64,000 nt of DNA, from contig CAVPPB010000002.1 in NCBI GenBank assembly GCA_963707215.1, positions 96,001 through 160,000 of the forward strand, written 5' to 3'. This document shows, one piece after another, positions 49,570 to 58,728 of this stretch. A model generated the notes under the pieces. The model was given only the letters and a program-made list of their open reading frames with translations, was not told the origin of the DNA and searched no databases. Position 1 is the first letter of the stretch. The number at the start of each line of letters is the position of its first letter. Made by a program: the position numbers and the translations under genes. The DNA is from an uncultured Chloroflexia bacterium. Lineage in GTDB: Bacteria > Chloroflexota > Limnocylindria > Limnocylindrales > CSP1-4.

Positions 49570-50862
49570 ATGAGCGATCCGTCGAGCGGTGCCCGCCCCC
49601 CGTATCCCATCCGGTCGGCGGAGCCCGACGAGCTCCGACACTTCCTCTCCCCGATGGGGCCGGCATTCGGCGAGGACTTCAGCGATGCCGAGTTCGAGGC
49701 CGAGCGGCCCATCCTGGAGCCGGAGCGGATCATCGCGGCCTTCGACGGTGACGAGCCGGTCGGCTGCGCCGGCGCGCTGTCACGGTGCCTCACGATCCCC
49801 GGCGGAACGGTCGCGGCGGCGGCCGTGACCCTCGTCGGCGTGAAGCCGAGCCACCGTCGCCAGGGGATCCTGCGCTCGCTGATGCTCCACCAGCTGGCCG
49901 ATGTCGCCGATCGCGGCGAGCCGGTGGCCATCCTGTGGGCCTCGGAGGGCTCCATCTACCAGCGCTTCGGCTACGGCCCCGGGACCGTCCAGGGGCGGAT
50001 CGAGGTGGAGCGGGCCCACGCCGGCCTGCTGCGACCGGTCCGCTGGTCCGGGCGGATCCGCCTCGTCGAGGCCGACGAGGCGCTGCGGACGTTCCCGGCC
50101 ATCCACGACGCCGTCAAGGCGGTGACCCCGGGCATGATCGATCGCTCGGCGACCTGGTGGGAGCATCTCGGCGTCAGCGACCTGCCGGCCTGGCGGGACG
50201 GCGCTGGCCCCAGGGCGTTCGCTCTCCACGAGACCGACGGCGTGCCGGACGGCTACGCGATGTACCGGGTGAAGTCCGACTGGGAGCCCCGCGGGGCCAG
50301 GAACCGGCTGATCGTCGGAGAGGTCCTCGCTGCCGACCCGGCCGTCGAGCGGACCTTGTGGGCATGGCTCCTTGACCTCGACCTGATCGGCACGATCCAG
50401 GCCGGCCGGCAGCCGCTCCCGCACCCGCTGCAACTGATGGTGGCCGACCCGCGTCGCCTCGGCCTGCTGGTCGGCGACGGGCTCTGGCTGCGGCTCGTGG
50501 ACGTGCCCGCCGCCCTGGCCGCCCGCTCGTACGCCGATACCGGGTCGCTGGTCATCGAGCTGACCGACGCGACGCTGCCGGACAACGCCGGCCGCTGGCG
50601 GATCTCCGCGTCTGCGGACGCTGCCGGGGCCGCCGGTCCGGACGGCCACCCTGCCGACATCCGGGCCGCCGTCGCCCGGAGCGACGACGAGCCCGATCTC
50701 CGTCTCGACGTGGCGGATCTGGCGGCCGTCTACCTGGGGGCCTTCCGGTTCGCCGACCTGGCCCGGGCCGGCCGGGTCGTGGAGGTTCGGCCGGGCACGC
50801 TCGCACGGGCTGACCGGCTCTTCGTGACGACCGTGCCGGCCTGCTGCTCGACGATGTTCTGA
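49570..50862 (+). CDS. Eis-family GNAT acetyltransferase
   Basis: VGVKPSHRRQG, LWASEGSIYQRFGYG, LWLRLVDV, SCP2-like C-terminus ending in Phe. Confidence 0.9.
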   Translation: MSDPSSGARPPYPIRSAEPDELRHFLSPMGPAFGEDFSDAEFEAERPILEPERIIAAFDGDEPVGCAGALSRCLTIPGGTVAAAAVTLVGVKPSHRRQGILRSLMLHQLADVADRGEPVAILWASEGSIYQRFGYGPGTVQGRIEVERAHAGLLRPVRWSGRIRLVEADEALRTFPAIHDAVKAVTPGMIDRSATWWEHLGVSDLPAWRDGAGPRAFALHETDGVPDGYAMYRVKSDWEPRGARNRLIVGEVLAADPAVERTLWAWLLDLDLIGTIQAGRQPLPHPLQLMVADPRRLGLLVGDGLWLRLVDVPAALAARSYADTGSLVIELTDATLPDNAGRWRISASADAAGAAGPDGHPADIRAAVARSDDEPDLRLDVADLAAVYLGAFRFADLARAGRVVEVRPGTLARADRLFVTTVPACCSTMF

Positions 50863-50974
50863 TCGCCGCGGCGTGGTCCAGTCCCGCCGCCGGTCCGGAT
50901 GCCCCGCTAGACTCGCTGCGAGATCGGCCGCCGCTGGCAATGTCCGGGCGGAGACCTGAGGAGGAGGATGAGCG

Positions 50975-51739
50975 GTGCAGGACGAGCCGCGCCCGAGCGA
51001 CGCCGGGCCGGAGGAGCTTGGCGGCGCGGAAGCTGACGACGAGCCCGGGTTCGCCGGCCGCCAGCGTGACCGCTTCGTCGGTATGGCCGGCTCGGCGCGC
51101 GACGAGATCGCCGATCGGATGGAGAAGACCGACCGCCTGGAGATCCTGGCGGCGGTCCTGCTCGCCCTGGCGACCATCAGCTCGGCCTGGTCGGCCTACC
51201 AGGCGACCCGCTGGACGGGCGTCCAGGCGACCGAGTTCGGGCGGGCTGGATCGCTGCGGCAGGAGTCGGTCCGCCAGTCGAACCTCGGCAACACCCAGGC
51301 CCAGATCGACATCGGCCTCTACACATCGTTCCTGGACGCCTACGTGACGGGGGAGGCCCGCCTGGCCGACTTCTACCGGAACCAGTTCAGGGCCGAGTTC
51401 AAGCCGGCCTTCGAGGCCTGGTTCGGCACCGTGACGATCGGGACACCCCCGACGGACACGCCGTTCCAGCGTCCGGAGTGGAGGATCGCGGCCTGGGAAG
51501 AGGCCGACCGCCTATCCGAGGAAGCCACTGCCGCCTTCGACGCGGCCAAGGATGCCAACCAGACCAGCGACAACTTCGTCTTGACCGCCGTCCTCTTCGC
51601 ATCGGTCCTCTTCTTCGCCGGCGTCGGGACACGGTTCAGGACGGCCGGGATCCGGCGGGCGATGGTCGGCCTGGCCGGAGTCATGTTCGCTAGCGCCCTG
51701 GTCGTCGTGTTCAGCCTGCCCCAGAACGTCGGGTTCTGA
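50975..51739 (+). CDS. Hypothetical membrane protein (DUF4337-like)
   Basis: EILAAVLLALATISSAWSAYQ; three TM segments. Confidence 0.65.
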   Translation: MQDEPRPSDAGPEELGGAEADDEPGFAGRQRDRFVGMAGSARDEIADRMEKTDRLEILAAVLLALATISSAWSAYQATRWTGVQATEFGRAGSLRQESVRQSNLGNTQAQIDIGLYTSFLDAYVTGEARLADFYRNQFRAEFKPAFEAWFGTVTIGTPPTDTPFQRPEWRIAAWEEADRLSEEATAAFDAAKDANQTSDNFVLTAVLFASVLFFAGVGTRFRTAGIRRAMVGLAGVMFASALVVVFSLPQNVGF

Positions 51740-51748
51740 CGGCGGCGA

Positions 51749-52792
51749 TCAGGCGGCGGGCGCCTCGATCGCTTCGAGCAGGAGGGCCCCAGCGCGGCCG
51801 CACTCCGCTGCCGAGACGTCGAGGTGCGTGACGGCCCGGACGAGACGAGGGCCGAAGGCGAAGACGAGGACCCCTCGATCCCTGGCCCGGGCGACGACGG
51901 TGGGGGCGTCGGGTCCGTCGTCAGCCAGCTGGAAGACCAGGATGTTCGTCCGCACCGAGGCCGGGTCGAGGACGACGTGGCGGCACTCGGCGACCCGGTC
52001 GGCGATCCGTCGGGCGTTGGCGTGGTCATCGGCCAGGCGATCCACGTTGTGGTCGAGGGCGTAGAGCCCGGCCGCGGCGAAGATGCCGACCTGGCGCATG
52101 GCACCGCCGCTCATCCGGCGATACCGGACGGCTTCCGCGATGTGGTCGCGGGTCCCTGCCAGCAGCGAGCCGCCCGGTGCGCCGAGCCCCTTCGACAGGG
52201 CGATCGTGACGAGGTCGAAGGGCGCCGCGACCTCGGCGGGGGTCCGCCCGCCGGCGATCGAGGTGTTGAAGAGCCGGGCGCCGTCGAGGTACGAGGCGAC
52301 CCCCACCTCGCGGGCGGCAGCGCCGATGGCCGCAGCGTCCGCGGACGGGAAGACCACCCCTCCGGCCCGGTTGTGGGTGTCCTCGACCTGGACCAGCGTC
52401 GTCGGCGGGTACAGCAGGTGGCCGTGGGGCTTGCGAGCCGCCAGGAAGTCGGCGGCCGTGAACGTCCCGCCCGAGCCGACCTCGGTGAACTGGATGCCCG
52501 CGTTCGCTGCCGCCGCCCCGGTCTCGTGCCACATGGCATGACTCTCGCGCGAGACGATGACGTCGTCGCCTGGTCGAGTGAAGACCCGCAAGGCGACCTG
52601 GTTGGCCATCGTGCCGGTCGGCAGCCAGAGGGCGGCCTCCTTGCCGAGCAGGTCGGCGACCCGCTCCTGGAGGCGGTTGACGGTGGGGTCCTCGCCGTAC
52701 TGGTCGTCGCCGACCTCGGCCGCAGCCATCGCCGCGCGCATCTGGGCCGAGGGACGGGTGACGGTATCCGAGCGCAGGTCGATCAGGGCCAT
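51749..52792 (-). CDS. ltaE: Low-specificity L-threonine aldolase
   Basis: [37 protein letters not shown]. Confidence 0.93.
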   Translation of the reverse strand: MALIDLRSDTVTRPSAQMRAAMAAAEVGDDQYGEDPTVNRLQERVADLLGKEAALWLPTGTMANQVALRVFTRPGDDVIVSRESHAMWHETGAAAANAGIQFTEVGSGGTFTAADFLAARKPHGHLLYPPTTLVQVEDTHNRAGGVVFPSADAAAIGAAAREVGVASYLDGARLFNTSIAGGRTPAEVAAPFDLVTIALSKGLGAPGGSLLAGTRDHIAEAVRYRRMSGGAMRQVGIFAAAGLYALDHNVDRLADDHANARRIADRVAECRHVVLDPASVRTNILVFQLADDGPDAPTVVARARDRGVLVFAFGPRLVRAVTHLDVSAAECGRAGALLLEAIEAPAA

Positions 52793-52888
52793 ACGCCGAT
52801 CGTAGCGCGAGGACCGCGGCCCCGACCGGGAGGATCGCTTCGATCGCACGGCCGGACGACCGTACGGGCGACCCGGCAGGGCCGCCGA

Positions 52889-53776
52889 CTAGGGGTTCGA
52901 CCCGCGGTAGGAGACCGTGGCCTCCGACCCGTCGGCGAGGGCCAGCCAGCAGACCATGCCCCGATCGCCCTCGGCCCAGCCGGCCTCCACCGGCATGAAC
53001 CAGCCGATGTCCAGGAGGTCCTGATCGGCCCAGGCCGATCCGGTGTAGTCGTCGAAGGCGGGATCGCAGTTGACCTCGACCCAGCGCTCGAACAGCGCGT
53101 CGGTCGGGAAGCCGCCCGGGTCGCCGTCGAAGTCGCGGACGAGGAAGACCTCGCCGCCGTGGGGTTCCCCGCAGTCGAGGACCCGGATCTCCTCGAACTC
53201 GCCCAGCGGCGGCACCTCGAAGCAGTCGCCGACGGCCAGGGTGTCGGGATCGACGAGGGAGCCGACGCCGCCTCCCGCGTCTCCCGTGCTGCCGTCCTCG
53301 CTCGAAGCCCCAAGGACCCCAAGGAGGAACAGGCCGATCCCGAAGACCGCGGCGATGACCCCGATGAGGGTCCGAACGGTCCGACCGTGGCCGCTGGCCG
53401 GTTCCTCCCAGCCGGTCGGGACGGTCGACCCGTCGGCGGGCGAGCCGTGGGACAACCCCGGGAGCCCGGACTCGTAGGTCTGACCGGGCTCCCCGCCGGG
53501 GGCGGCCCAGCCGGCGACGGCCGGTGCCGGCCGGTCGGCGGAGGTCGATGCCACGGGCCAGCCGCCCTCGTCGAGCGGCTCGGAGGCCGCGTGCCCGGCA
53601 CCGCGGAGGTAGAGGAAGCCCTGGCGCTCGATCACCTCGTCGCCGAGCAGCTTCACCTCGTCCTCGAGCTGCTGCTCGGTCATGGCCGGGTCGATCCGCA
53701 GCCGGCACCAGGCGAGCAGACCAGGGCGCGAGATGCCGCTGGGGTTGTCGGCGAGGAGGTCCCTGACGGTCGTCAT
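52889..53776 (-). CDS. Membrane protein with C-terminal Septum_form-like Cys-containing domain
   Basis: LAVGDCF...VLDCGEPHGGEVF...C...W..GDR...C; central TM helix. Confidence 0.72.
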   Translation of the reverse strand: MTTVRDLLADNPSGISRPGLLAWCRLRIDPAMTEQQLEDEVKLLGDEVIERQGFLYLRGAGHAASEPLDEGGWPVASTSADRPAPAVAGWAAPGGEPGQTYESGLPGLSHGSPADGSTVPTGWEEPASGHGRTVRTLIGVIAAVFGIGLFLLGVLGASSEDGSTGDAGGGVGSLVDPDTLAVGDCFEVPPLGEFEEIRVLDCGEPHGGEVFLVRDFDGDPGGFPTDALFERWVEVNCDPAFDDYTGSAWADQDLLDIGWFMPVEAGWAEGDRGMVCWLALADGSEATVSYRGSNP

Positions 53777-53951
53777 CGTTCCCTCGGGGCGGGCACCGGC
53801 CCGAGTGTAGGCCCTCCGATCCAGGCAGACACCTGCCGAACGGGACCGACCGGACCCGAGGTGCCCGATGGGTCATGCTGACGGGACTCCCGGCCCGGTC
53901 CGCGGTCGACCGTGGCCGGTACCGTTTGGGGACGCGCGAGGGAGGTATCCG

Positions 53952-55142
53952 ATGGTCACGGAGTCGGGTCGGCTCACGGTCGGCTTCCCCCGGATGCACA
54001 AGGAGCCGGGGGAGCACCGGGACTTCCTGCCGCCGCTCATCGGGCTCCTGGCCGGGATCGGGGCGGAGATCTACGTCGAGGAAGGCATCGGCTCCGGTAT
54101 GGGCTACACCGACCTCGACTACACGTCGCTGTCGCCGCACGTCCACGTCACCGACGAGGACACCGCCTACGCCCAGGACATGGTCGTCGTCCTCCGGGCT
54201 CCCGAGGGCCACTACGAGAAGCTCCGCAAGGGGGCCATCCTCGTCTCGATGCTCCACTTCCCGACCCGCCCCGCGCGGGTCGCGATGCTCGCCGAGGGTG
54301 GCATCGAGGCGGTCAGCCTGGACACCATCGTCAACGACGAGGGTCGGCGCCTCATCGAGAACCTCCGCAGCGTCGCCTGGAACGGCGTCGGATCGGCCTT
54401 CCAGGCCCTCGAGCGGCGCTGGCCGGCCCTGACGGTGCGCGGTCGACCGCCGGTCCGGGTGACGATCATGGGCGCCGGGACGATCGGCAAGCACGCCGTC
54501 GAGTTCGCCACCAAGTACGGCGACGACGCACGCAACGAGTCCTTCATGCGGCTCGGCCTGGCCGGCGTGGAGGTCATCACGACCGGGCGCAACCTGACCC
54601 GCGACCCGGAGTACCTGCGTGCCCGACTGACGGCCACCGACATCCTGGTCGACGCCACGCAGCGCCACGATCCATCGGTCCCGCTCGTGCCGAACGACTG
54701 GATCGGGCTGATGCCGGAGCACGCGGTCATCTGCGACCTCGTCGTCGACCCCTACCTCCTCGACGCCGACCCGAAGGTCGTCCGCGGCATCGAGGGCATC
54801 CCCCAGGGTGACCTGGACCAGTGGGAGTTCGGGCCCGACGACCCGGCCTGGGGGGCGGTGCCGCCGGAGATCCCGACGGGGGAGCGACGGACCGTCGTCT
54901 CCTGCTACTCCTGGCCGGGCGTTCGGCCGGAGCCGTGCATGCACGTCTACGGCTCCCAGCTGGCACCGATCCTCGAGGCGATCGTCCATGCCGGCGGTCT
55001 CGACGGCGTCCGTCCCAACGGCTCCTACCACGAGCGGGCGGTCTGGCGAGCGAGCCTGCGGGCCTGGCTGGCCGGCGAGGGTGCCTCGATCGGCACGCCA
55101 CCGGTGGCCACCGGCGTGGCGCCGCCGGTCGTCGGCGCCTGA
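53952..55142 (+). CDS. AlaDH/PNT-superfamily NAD-dependent oxidoreductase
   Basis: VGFPRMHKEPGEHRDFLP, YVEEGIG, MLHF, IMGAGTIG; GGAGG RBS. Confidence 0.78.
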   Translation: MVTESGRLTVGFPRMHKEPGEHRDFLPPLIGLLAGIGAEIYVEEGIGSGMGYTDLDYTSLSPHVHVTDEDTAYAQDMVVVLRAPEGHYEKLRKGAILVSMLHFPTRPARVAMLAEGGIEAVSLDTIVNDEGRRLIENLRSVAWNGVGSAFQALERRWPALTVRGRPPVRVTIMGAGTIGKHAVEFATKYGDDARNESFMRLGLAGVEVITTGRNLTRDPEYLRARLTATDILVDATQRHDPSVPLVPNDWIGLMPEHAVICDLVVDPYLLDADPKVVRGIEGIPQGDLDQWEFGPDDPAWGAVPPEIPTGERRTVVSCYSWPGVRPEPCMHVYGSQLAPILEAIVHAGGLDGVRPNGSYHERAVWRASLRAWLAGEGASIGTPPVATGVAPPVVGA

Positions 55143-55160
55143 CCGATACAGCCCTTCGCC

Positions 55161-55883
55161 CTAGGCCCCTGCGTTGCCGTCCAGAGGTCGGCGGACGTCG
55201 CGGCGGGCTCGGCGGACGACCCGGACGAAGCCCCGGAGATGCTGGATCGGGCGGATGTGACTGCCCTCACCGGCGTAGATCGTCTGGATCGGCACCCAGT
55301 CGAGCCGATAGCCGGCGCGGATGCAGACCGTGATCATCTCGACGTCGAACTCGAAGCCGGTCTCCTCGGCGTCGACGAGGTGCTGCATCAGGCGCCTCGA
55401 GAGGAGGCGGTAGCCCGATTGGTTGTCGGGTATGGAACGACCGACCGCCCAGGAGAAGACCCAGCCGCCGACGGTGTTGGACAGCCGTCGGATCGCCGGC
55501 ATCCCGGCGAAGTCCCGCCGGCCGATGATCAGGTCGCCGCGCCGCTCCGCGTAGGCCCGCAGGAAGGCGGCCAGCTCGGCCGGATCGTGCTGGCCGTCGG
55601 CATCCAGGATGACGATCGCATCGAGGCCATGGTCCAGGGCCCACCGGAAGCCTGCCCGGACCGCCGCACCCTTGCCCTGGTTCGGGCGCTGGCGGATGAC
55701 CGTCGCACCGGCCGCCTGGGCTCGCTCCGCCGTATCGTCGGATGACCCGTCGTCCACGACGAGGACGGGCAGGTGCTCGATCGCCCCGGCCACGACGGCC
55801 GCGACGCGCTCGCCTTCCTGGTAGGCGGGGATGAGCGCCTGGATGGGCGGTCTCGTAGTCGGGGCGGGGGTGCTGGAGTCGAT
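55161..55883 (-). CDS. Glycosyltransferase family 2 (apparent ATC start)
   Basis: LIPAYQE, VVDDGS, NQGKG, LDADGQH, DNQSGYR. Confidence 0.88.
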   Translation of the reverse strand: MDSSTPAPTTRPPIQALIPAYQEGERVAAVVAGAIEHLPVLVVDDGSSDDTAERAQAAGATVIRQRPNQGKGAAVRAGFRWALDHGLDAIVILDADGQHDPAELAAFLRAYAERRGDLIIGRRDFAGMPAIRRLSNTVGGWVFSWAVGRSIPDNQSGYRLLSRRLMQHLVDAEETGFEFDVEMITVCIRAGYRLDWVPIQTIYAGEGSHIRPIQHLRGFVRVVRRARRDVRRPLDGNAGA

Positions 55884-55992
55884 CGCGGGCCTCCGGGGAA
55901 CGGTGGGAGTGGGAGTGTACCCGGCTTCCCTCGGCGGTTCGACGGCCCGTTAGGATGGGTCTCCATTCGCGGGGACGCCGAGGAGGGCGACG

Positions 55993-56304
55993 ATGACGGA
56001 GCGGATCAGGTCGAGCTTGCGACGGCTGGGAGGCCTCGCGGGAGGACCCGACCCGGGCTGCTCCCATCTCGACCAGGCCCGGAACGTCGATCCCCGGACG
56101 GACGGCTGCGGCGAGTGCCTGGCGATCGGTGGCGAGTGGGTCCACCTGCGCCTCTGTCTGGCCTGCGGCAGCGTGGGCTGCTGCGATGCCTCGCCGAACC
56201 GGCACGCGCGGGCCCACTTCGAGGCGAGCGGCCATCCGATCATCCGCTCCCACGAGCCCGGCGAGACCTGGGCCTGGTGCTGGATCGACGAGGTGGTGCT
56301 CTAG
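55993..56304 (+). CDS. UBP-type zinc finger protein
   Basis: CSH...CGEC...HLRLCLACGSVGCCDAS...HARAH...HPII. Confidence 0.9.
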   Translation: MTERIRSSLRRLGGLAGGPDPGCSHLDQARNVDPRTDGCGECLAIGGEWVHLRLCLACGSVGCCDASPNRHARAHFEASGHPIIRSHEPGETWAWCWIDEVVL

Positions 56305-56393
56305 GCCGCGAGCCCGCCGGGCCCGACGACCGCCGGCAGAGCGCGGCCGCGGCCCGGTCACTGCGACACCCATCGGGATGCCGAAACATCGGC

Positions 56394-56422
56394 TTGACAG
56401 ACTAGTTAGTAGTCACTATCTT
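56394..56422 (+). promoter_or_regulatory. Sigma70-type promoter overlapped by a TetR operator
   Basis: TTGACA-N17-TATCTT; operator CTAGTTAGTAGTCACTATCT at 56402-56421. Confidence 0.82.
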
Positions 56423-56428
56423 CTGAGC

Positions 56429-57019
56429 ATGCCAGCCATCGGATCAGCCTCGACCCCCACCGTCGTCCGCCGGACGCGCATGAGCGCCGACGATCGCCGC
56501 GCCGAGGTGATCGAGGCGGCCGTGCGCGCCTTCGGCTCGGGTGGCTATGCGGGCACCTCGACCGAGGAGATCGCCCGGCTCGCCGGCGTCTCGCAGCCGT
56601 ACCTCTTCCGGCTCTTCGGCACCAAGCGGGAGCTGTTCATCGCGGCGGTTGGTCGCGCCTTCGAGCGGATCCGGCTCGCCTTCGAGGAGGGTGCCCGTCA
56701 CCCGGTCGCCGGCCTGCCCGCGGATGTCGATCCGGTCCTGGCCGGGATCGGTCGAGCCTACGGGGACCTCCTCGCCGATACGTCGCTGCTCCGACTCCAG
56801 CTCCACGCGTTCGCGGCCTGCGACGATCCGGCGATCCGGTCGTTCGTCCGCCGCGAGTTCGCGGAGCTGGTGCATCGGGTGAGTGGGCTCTCGGGTGTCG
56901 CCGCCGCGGACCTGCGGGCGTTCTTCGCCGAGGGCATGCTCCTGAACGTCGCGGCCGCCATGGAGCTCACCGAGGCCGACGTGGCCTGGGACCGGATCTG
57001 CGAGGAGGAGCCCGGCTGA
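56429..57019 (+). CDS. TetR/AcrR regulator
   Basis: TSTEEIARLAGVSQPYLFRLFGTK. Confidence 0.93.
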   Translation: MPAIGSASTPTVVRRTRMSADDRRAEVIEAAVRAFGSGGYAGTSTEEIARLAGVSQPYLFRLFGTKRELFIAAVGRAFERIRLAFEEGARHPVAGLPADVDPVLAGIGRAYGDLLADTSLLRLQLHAFAACDDPAIRSFVRREFAELVHRVSGLSGVAAADLRAFFAEGMLLNVAAAMELTEADVAWDRICEEEPG

Positions 57020-57050
57020 CCAGGAGCGAGTCCCCCCTTTTCCGGACTGT

Positions 57051-57070
57051 AGATAGTGACTGATAACTAG
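57051..57070. promoter_or_regulatory. Second TetR operator upstream of the MFS gene
   Basis: AGATAGTGACTGATAACTAG; its reverse complement matches 56402-56421 at 18/20 positions. Confidence 0.8.
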
Positions 57071-57140
57071 CAAGACCATGGCCGGCCCGGACCGAGCATC
57101 GAAAGGATCCCGGGACCGGGATCGGAAGGGAGAAGGAGCA

Positions 57141-58595
57141 ATGACCGAACGACGCACCGCCATCTGGACCTTTGCGATCACCTCGATCGCCCTCTTCATG
57201 GTCGCTCTCGACAACCTCGTCGTCACGACCGCCCTGCCGGTCATCAGGGCCGACCTCGGGGCCACCCTGGCCCAGCTCGAGTGGACGGTCAACGCCTACA
57301 CGCTGACCTTCGCCGTGCTCCTGCTGACCGGCGCCGCGCTCGGCGACCGGTTCGGTCGGCGGCGGGTGTTCATCGTCGGCCTGGCCGTCTTCACGGCCGC
57401 CTCGGCCTTCGCGGCGATGGCCCCGACCGGGGACGCCCTGGTGCTCGCCCGAGCCATCCAGGGGGCGGGCGCGGCGATCGTGATGCCGCTCACCCTGACG
57501 ATCCTCTCGGCGGCCGTCCCGCCCGAGCGCCGCGGCGTCGCCCTTGGCGCCTGGGGTGCCATCTCAGGGCTCGCGATCGCTCTCGGCCCACTGGTCGGTG
57601 GCGCCATCGTCGAGGGCCTCAGCTGGCAGTGGATCTTCTGGCTCAACGTGCCGATCGGGATCGTCGCCGTCCCGCTCGCCGCGCGCTGGCTCCGCGAGTC
57701 TCGCGGCCCCGACGGCCGTCTCGATCTGGCGGGCCTGGGGCTTGTATCGGTCGGCCTGTTCGCCCTCGTCTGGGCGCTCATCAACGGCAACGAGGACGGC
57801 TGGACCAGCGCCCCGATCCTGCTCGCGCTCGCCGTCGCCGGCGTCGCCCTGGCCGCCTTCGTCGCCTGGGAGGCGCGGACGAGCTCCCCGATGCTCCCGC
57901 TGCGCTTCTTCCGCAGCCGCCAGTTCAGCTCGGCCAACGTCGTCAGCCTGCTGATGTCGTTCGGCGTGTTCGGGGCCATCTTCCTCCTGGCCCAGTTCTT
58001 CCAGGTCGTCCAGGGCTACTCGCCGTTCGAGGCGGGAGTGCGGACGCTCCCGTGGACCGCCATGCCGATCTTCGTCGCCCCGATCGCCGGGGTGCTCTCG
58101 GACCGGATCGGCGGGCGCCCGCTCCTTGTCGCCGGGATGGGCCTGATGGCGGCTGGCCTGGCCTGGGTCGCCGCCCTCGCCACGCCGACGGTCGAGTACC
58201 TCGTCCTGGTGCCGGGCTTCCTCATGGCAGGGATCGGCATGTCGCTCTTCTTCGCCCCGACGGCGAACCTCGTGCTCTCGGCCGTCCGCCGCGACGAGGA
58301 GGGCCGGGCATCCGGCGCCAACAACACGATCCGCGAGGTCGGCGGCGTCTTCGGGGTGGCGGTGCTGGCCTCGGTCTTCTCGGCCAGCGGCAGCTACGCG
58401 TCGCCGCAGGCGTTCGTCGACGGCATGGTCCCGGCGATCTGGGTCGGGGCAGCGGTCGTCGCGGTCGGTGCGCTGGTGGCGCTGGCGATCCCGGCCCACC
58501 GTCGGGTCGCCGCGATCGAGCTCCCCGGCTCCGGACGGCTCGTCCCCGGTGGCGAGGCGGCGCTGGTCCCCGAGCCGGTCCTCGTACGCGACTGA
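57141..58595 (+). CDS. DHA2 (14-TMS) MFS efflux pump
   Basis: LDNLVV..ALP, LGDRFGRRR, GPLVGG, WQWIFWLNVPIG. Confidence 0.94.
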   Translation: MTERRTAIWTFAITSIALFMVALDNLVVTTALPVIRADLGATLAQLEWTVNAYTLTFAVLLLTGAALGDRFGRRRVFIVGLAVFTAASAFAAMAPTGDALVLARAIQGAGAAIVMPLTLTILSAAVPPERRGVALGAWGAISGLAIALGPLVGGAIVEGLSWQWIFWLNVPIGIVAVPLAARWLRESRGPDGRLDLAGLGLVSVGLFALVWALINGNEDGWTSAPILLALAVAGVALAAFVAWEARTSSPMLPLRFFRSRQFSSANVVSLLMSFGVFGAIFLLAQFFQVVQGYSPFEAGVRTLPWTAMPIFVAPIAGVLSDRIGGRPLLVAGMGLMAAGLAWVAALATPTVEYLVLVPGFLMAGIGMSLFFAPTANLVLSAVRRDEEGRASGANNTIREVGGVFGVAVLASVFSASGSYASPQAFVDGMVPAIWVGAAVVAVGALVALAIPAHRRVAAIELPGSGRLVPGGEAALVPEPVLVRD

Positions 58596-58608
58596 GCCCC
58601 GCTCACTC

Positions 58609-58642
58609 GAGCCCGGGTGGCGCGTCTGCGTCGCCCGGGCTC
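58609..58642. terminator. GC-rich hairpin between convergent genes
   Basis: GAGCCCGGGTGGCGC-GTCT-GCGTCGCCCGGGCTC. Confidence 0.6.
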
Positions 58643-58728
58643 ACTCGCGCACGGGGCCGGGACGCCGTCCGGTGGGCGATCGGACTCGGCGAGCGATCGG
58701 ACGTCGCGATGATCGACCCCGACCAGGG

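Noticed and set aside
31424-55031. Very long alternative-frame ORFs (e.g. 31424-34288, 46450-49488 upstream of menG, 52026-55031, 51824-53881)
   Set aside because: Arg/Gly/Pro-rich shadow frames overlapping well-supported genes; expected at this GC content.
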